Source: an uncultured Methanosarcinales archaeon
GTDB taxonomy: Archaea > Nanobdellota > Nanobdellia > Woesearchaeales > CAZPJY01
Assembly (NCBI GenBank): GCA_964587045.1
Contig: CAZPJY010000020.1
Span: 1-35,439, forward strand
Reading direction: 5' to 3'
Length of the DNA: 35,439 nt
Positions 33,753 to 35,439 of this stretch are shown here, in pieces; the stretch's first letter is position 1; every line of letters starts with the position of its first letter. Position numbers and translations under genes: made by a program. Under the pieces are notes generated by a model. That model saw nothing but the letters and a program-made list of their open reading frames with translations, was not told where the DNA came from and did not search any database.

Positions 33753-35439
33753 GGAACATGAACAGTTTCGGAACCGCACTCATCCTCTTCATAGTCATCT
33801 TCCTATCCCACCCAGTCACAGCTGAATACATGTCGCTGGACAAGACGACCTACCTAATCAACGACAAGGTGTACATAGACGTCACTGTGCCCCAGAACAC
33901 GCAGTTCAACATGTCGATCATAAGCGATGCCGAGACCTACCGCTACCCGTACAACGGGTACGTGACCATCAGCGGCACCAAGACGTATGTCTACAGCCCG
34001 CTCGCATCTGGTAACTATAATATATACGCCAATTTCAAGAAGGACACAATCACTAGAGAGCAGCTGTCCTTCGCCGTGACCGCAACCGACACGTCTGAGG
34101 AGGACCTGCCCCTCAAGGTCAGGATAAGCCTAGACTCCCCGACACTGCAGACCGGAGAGGAGGCAGATTTCAAGGCAGTGGTTAGCGGAGGAAAACCGCC
34201 ATATACCTACTACTGGAATTTCGACGACGGAAGCACGGGTACAGGCCAGTCCGTTCGCCACGCATACCCAAGCGAAGGGACTTACACCCTCAGGGTGACG
34301 GCATCGGACTCCGAGGACCAGGACTCTGCCTACTCGGTCAAGATAACCGTAAAGGACGTGCTCTTCCCGCTGACGGTGGTAGTGAAGGATGAAAACGGCG
34401 ACGCAATCGTCGGGGCAAGGCTCGTGATAGACGGGCAGATCAGATATACAGGATCAGACGGCAAGGCCGTGTTCAACGACGTAGCCGGGGCAGTCAGCAT
34501 CGAGGCGAGCAGGGACGGATACGACACTCTTTCCCAAGAGATAACCGTATCATCAGCCAAAACGGTGACAATAGTTATGACAGAAGACGAGTTCACACCG
34601 GTCGACGAGCCGCTCCTGGTGGAGCCGCGCTACCCGATTGGCGGCACTGAAGTCACCACAAACGAGATCAGCTTCAGGTTCATCCCGACAGATGACGAGA
34701 CGATCAGGGAGTGCAAGCTGTACCTCAGCGAGGGAATGGAGGTCGGCTGGAGGCTTAAGGGGAGCACCAAGTCGATAACCCCATCCAAGGAGAACACAAT
34801 CACCATAGACGGCCTGGATAACGGCGAATACACTTGGAGGGTCAAATGCCAGAACGCACGAGGGCTCGAGGGGTTCACCAACGAGCAGTCCTTCATAATG
34901 AAGAAGGGCTCTGTAAAGAGCCTCACACAGGCTGCGCAGCCGACCATAACTGAGAATCCCAAAGGAGCCGAGCCGGTTACCGCGACTAACGCANNNNNNN
35001 NNNATCTGCTCACACAGATCAGCAAGCTGGAGAGCGACTACAACAGCCTCAGCTCCCTTACCAAGGAGGTCGCCTTCGCCCTGGACTATCCCGGACAGCT
35101 AGAGGCAGCCAGGAATCAGCTTGATAGGATCGAGCGGGACTACGAACTGGTGGAGCATACCGAATTGAGCCAGTCTGTCAAGGAGAAGAGGATGTATGAG
35201 CTTGAGGAGGACATGGAGTCCCTGAAGAACTCGACCCCGGCTGACATCTCGGTGGTGGAGAGGGATGATTACTACTGGTACGCGACCTCATCAGACGTCA
35301 AGCACGACACGGACCTTTACCTCGAGGCGACAGGCAAGAGGCTGTCCAACTCCCTCAAGGGCGACTTATACCAGCAGAACATAGACGCGCAGGAATACCT
35401 GACCATACTTACCAAAGCTTGGGTTATTGAGATAACCTA
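33749..35439 (+). CDS. Large secreted protein, 3'-truncated (>=563 codons): PKD domain, carboxypeptidase-regulatory-like domain, Ig-like domain, helical region; absent from the ORF track
   Basis: ATGA overlap; MRNMNSFGTALILFIVIFLSHPVTA signal; PKD GGKPPYTYYWNFDDG...HAYPSEGTYTLRVTASD; VKDENGDAIVGARL...TGSDG; the frame stays open across the N gap to the window end. Confidence 0.85.
   Translation, partial: MRNMNSFGTALILFIVIFLSHPVTAEYMSLDKTTYLINDKVYIDVTVPQNTQFNMSIISDAETYRYPYNGYVTISGTKTYVYSPLASGNYNIYANFKKDTITREQLSFAVTATDTSEEDLPLKVRISLDSPTLQTGEEADFKAVVSGGKPPYTYYWNFDDGSTGTGQSVRHAYPSEGTYTLRVTASDSEDQDSAYSVKITVKDVLFPLTVVVKDENGDAIVGARLVIDGQIRYTGSDGKAVFNDVAGAVSIEASRDGYDTLSQEITVSSAKTVTIVMTEDEFTPVDEPLLVEPRYPIGGTEVTTNEISFRFIPTDDETIRECKLYLSEGMEVGWRLKGSTKSITPSKENTITIDGLDNGEYTWRVKCQNARGLEGFTNEQSFIMKKGSVKSLTQAAQPTITENPKGAEPVTATNAXXXXLLTQISKLESDYNSLSSLTKEVAFALDYPGQLEAARNQLDRIERDYELVEHTELSQSVKEKRMYELEEDMESLKNSTPADISVVERDDYYWYATSSDVKHDTDLYLEATGKRLSNSLKGDLYQQNIDAQEYLTILTKAWVIEIT
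34994..35003. other. Scaffold gap (10 N)
   Basis: Run of N in the sequence; true length unknown. Confidence 0.95.

Overview
Archaeal (DPANN-type, most like Woesearchaeota/Nanobdellota; inferred from gene content, BRE/TATA promoters and class III signal peptides) cell-surface island. Nearly every gene encodes a secreted or membrane-anchored, N-x-S/T-rich beta-sandwich protein. There are three recurring modules. (1) Two archaellin-family proteins carry nested insertions, one of them a complete Asp-box beta-propeller; no archaellum motor genes lie in the window. (2) An unnamed ~190-aa domain (GGxVTxLxI...WxGYxG...DFxxxVP...YFYAEL) occurs four times: in two small stand-alone secreted proteins, at the N-terminus of a 480-aa protein, and, without its first strand, at the C-terminus of a 2457-aa adhesin-like protein. 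This arrangement suggests a donor-strand-type filament with shaft, adaptor and tip subunits, and the corresponding promoters share a TACATNATANG motif. (3) A DUF11-like terminal domain is shared by a >1217-aa repeat protein and a membrane-anchored partner. Four times, an AT-rich promoter precedes a DNA-binding protein that is coupled by an ATGA overlap to a surface-protein gene. Also present: an EamA transporter broken by one in-frame TAG, a 45-aa coiled-coil ORF missing from the ORF track, an apparently exact 329-bp intragenic duplication with extreme A/C bias, and a 10-N scaffold gap. I found no RNA genes, CRISPR array, transposase or reverse transcriptase. All domain calls come from recognising motifs by eye, not from database searches.
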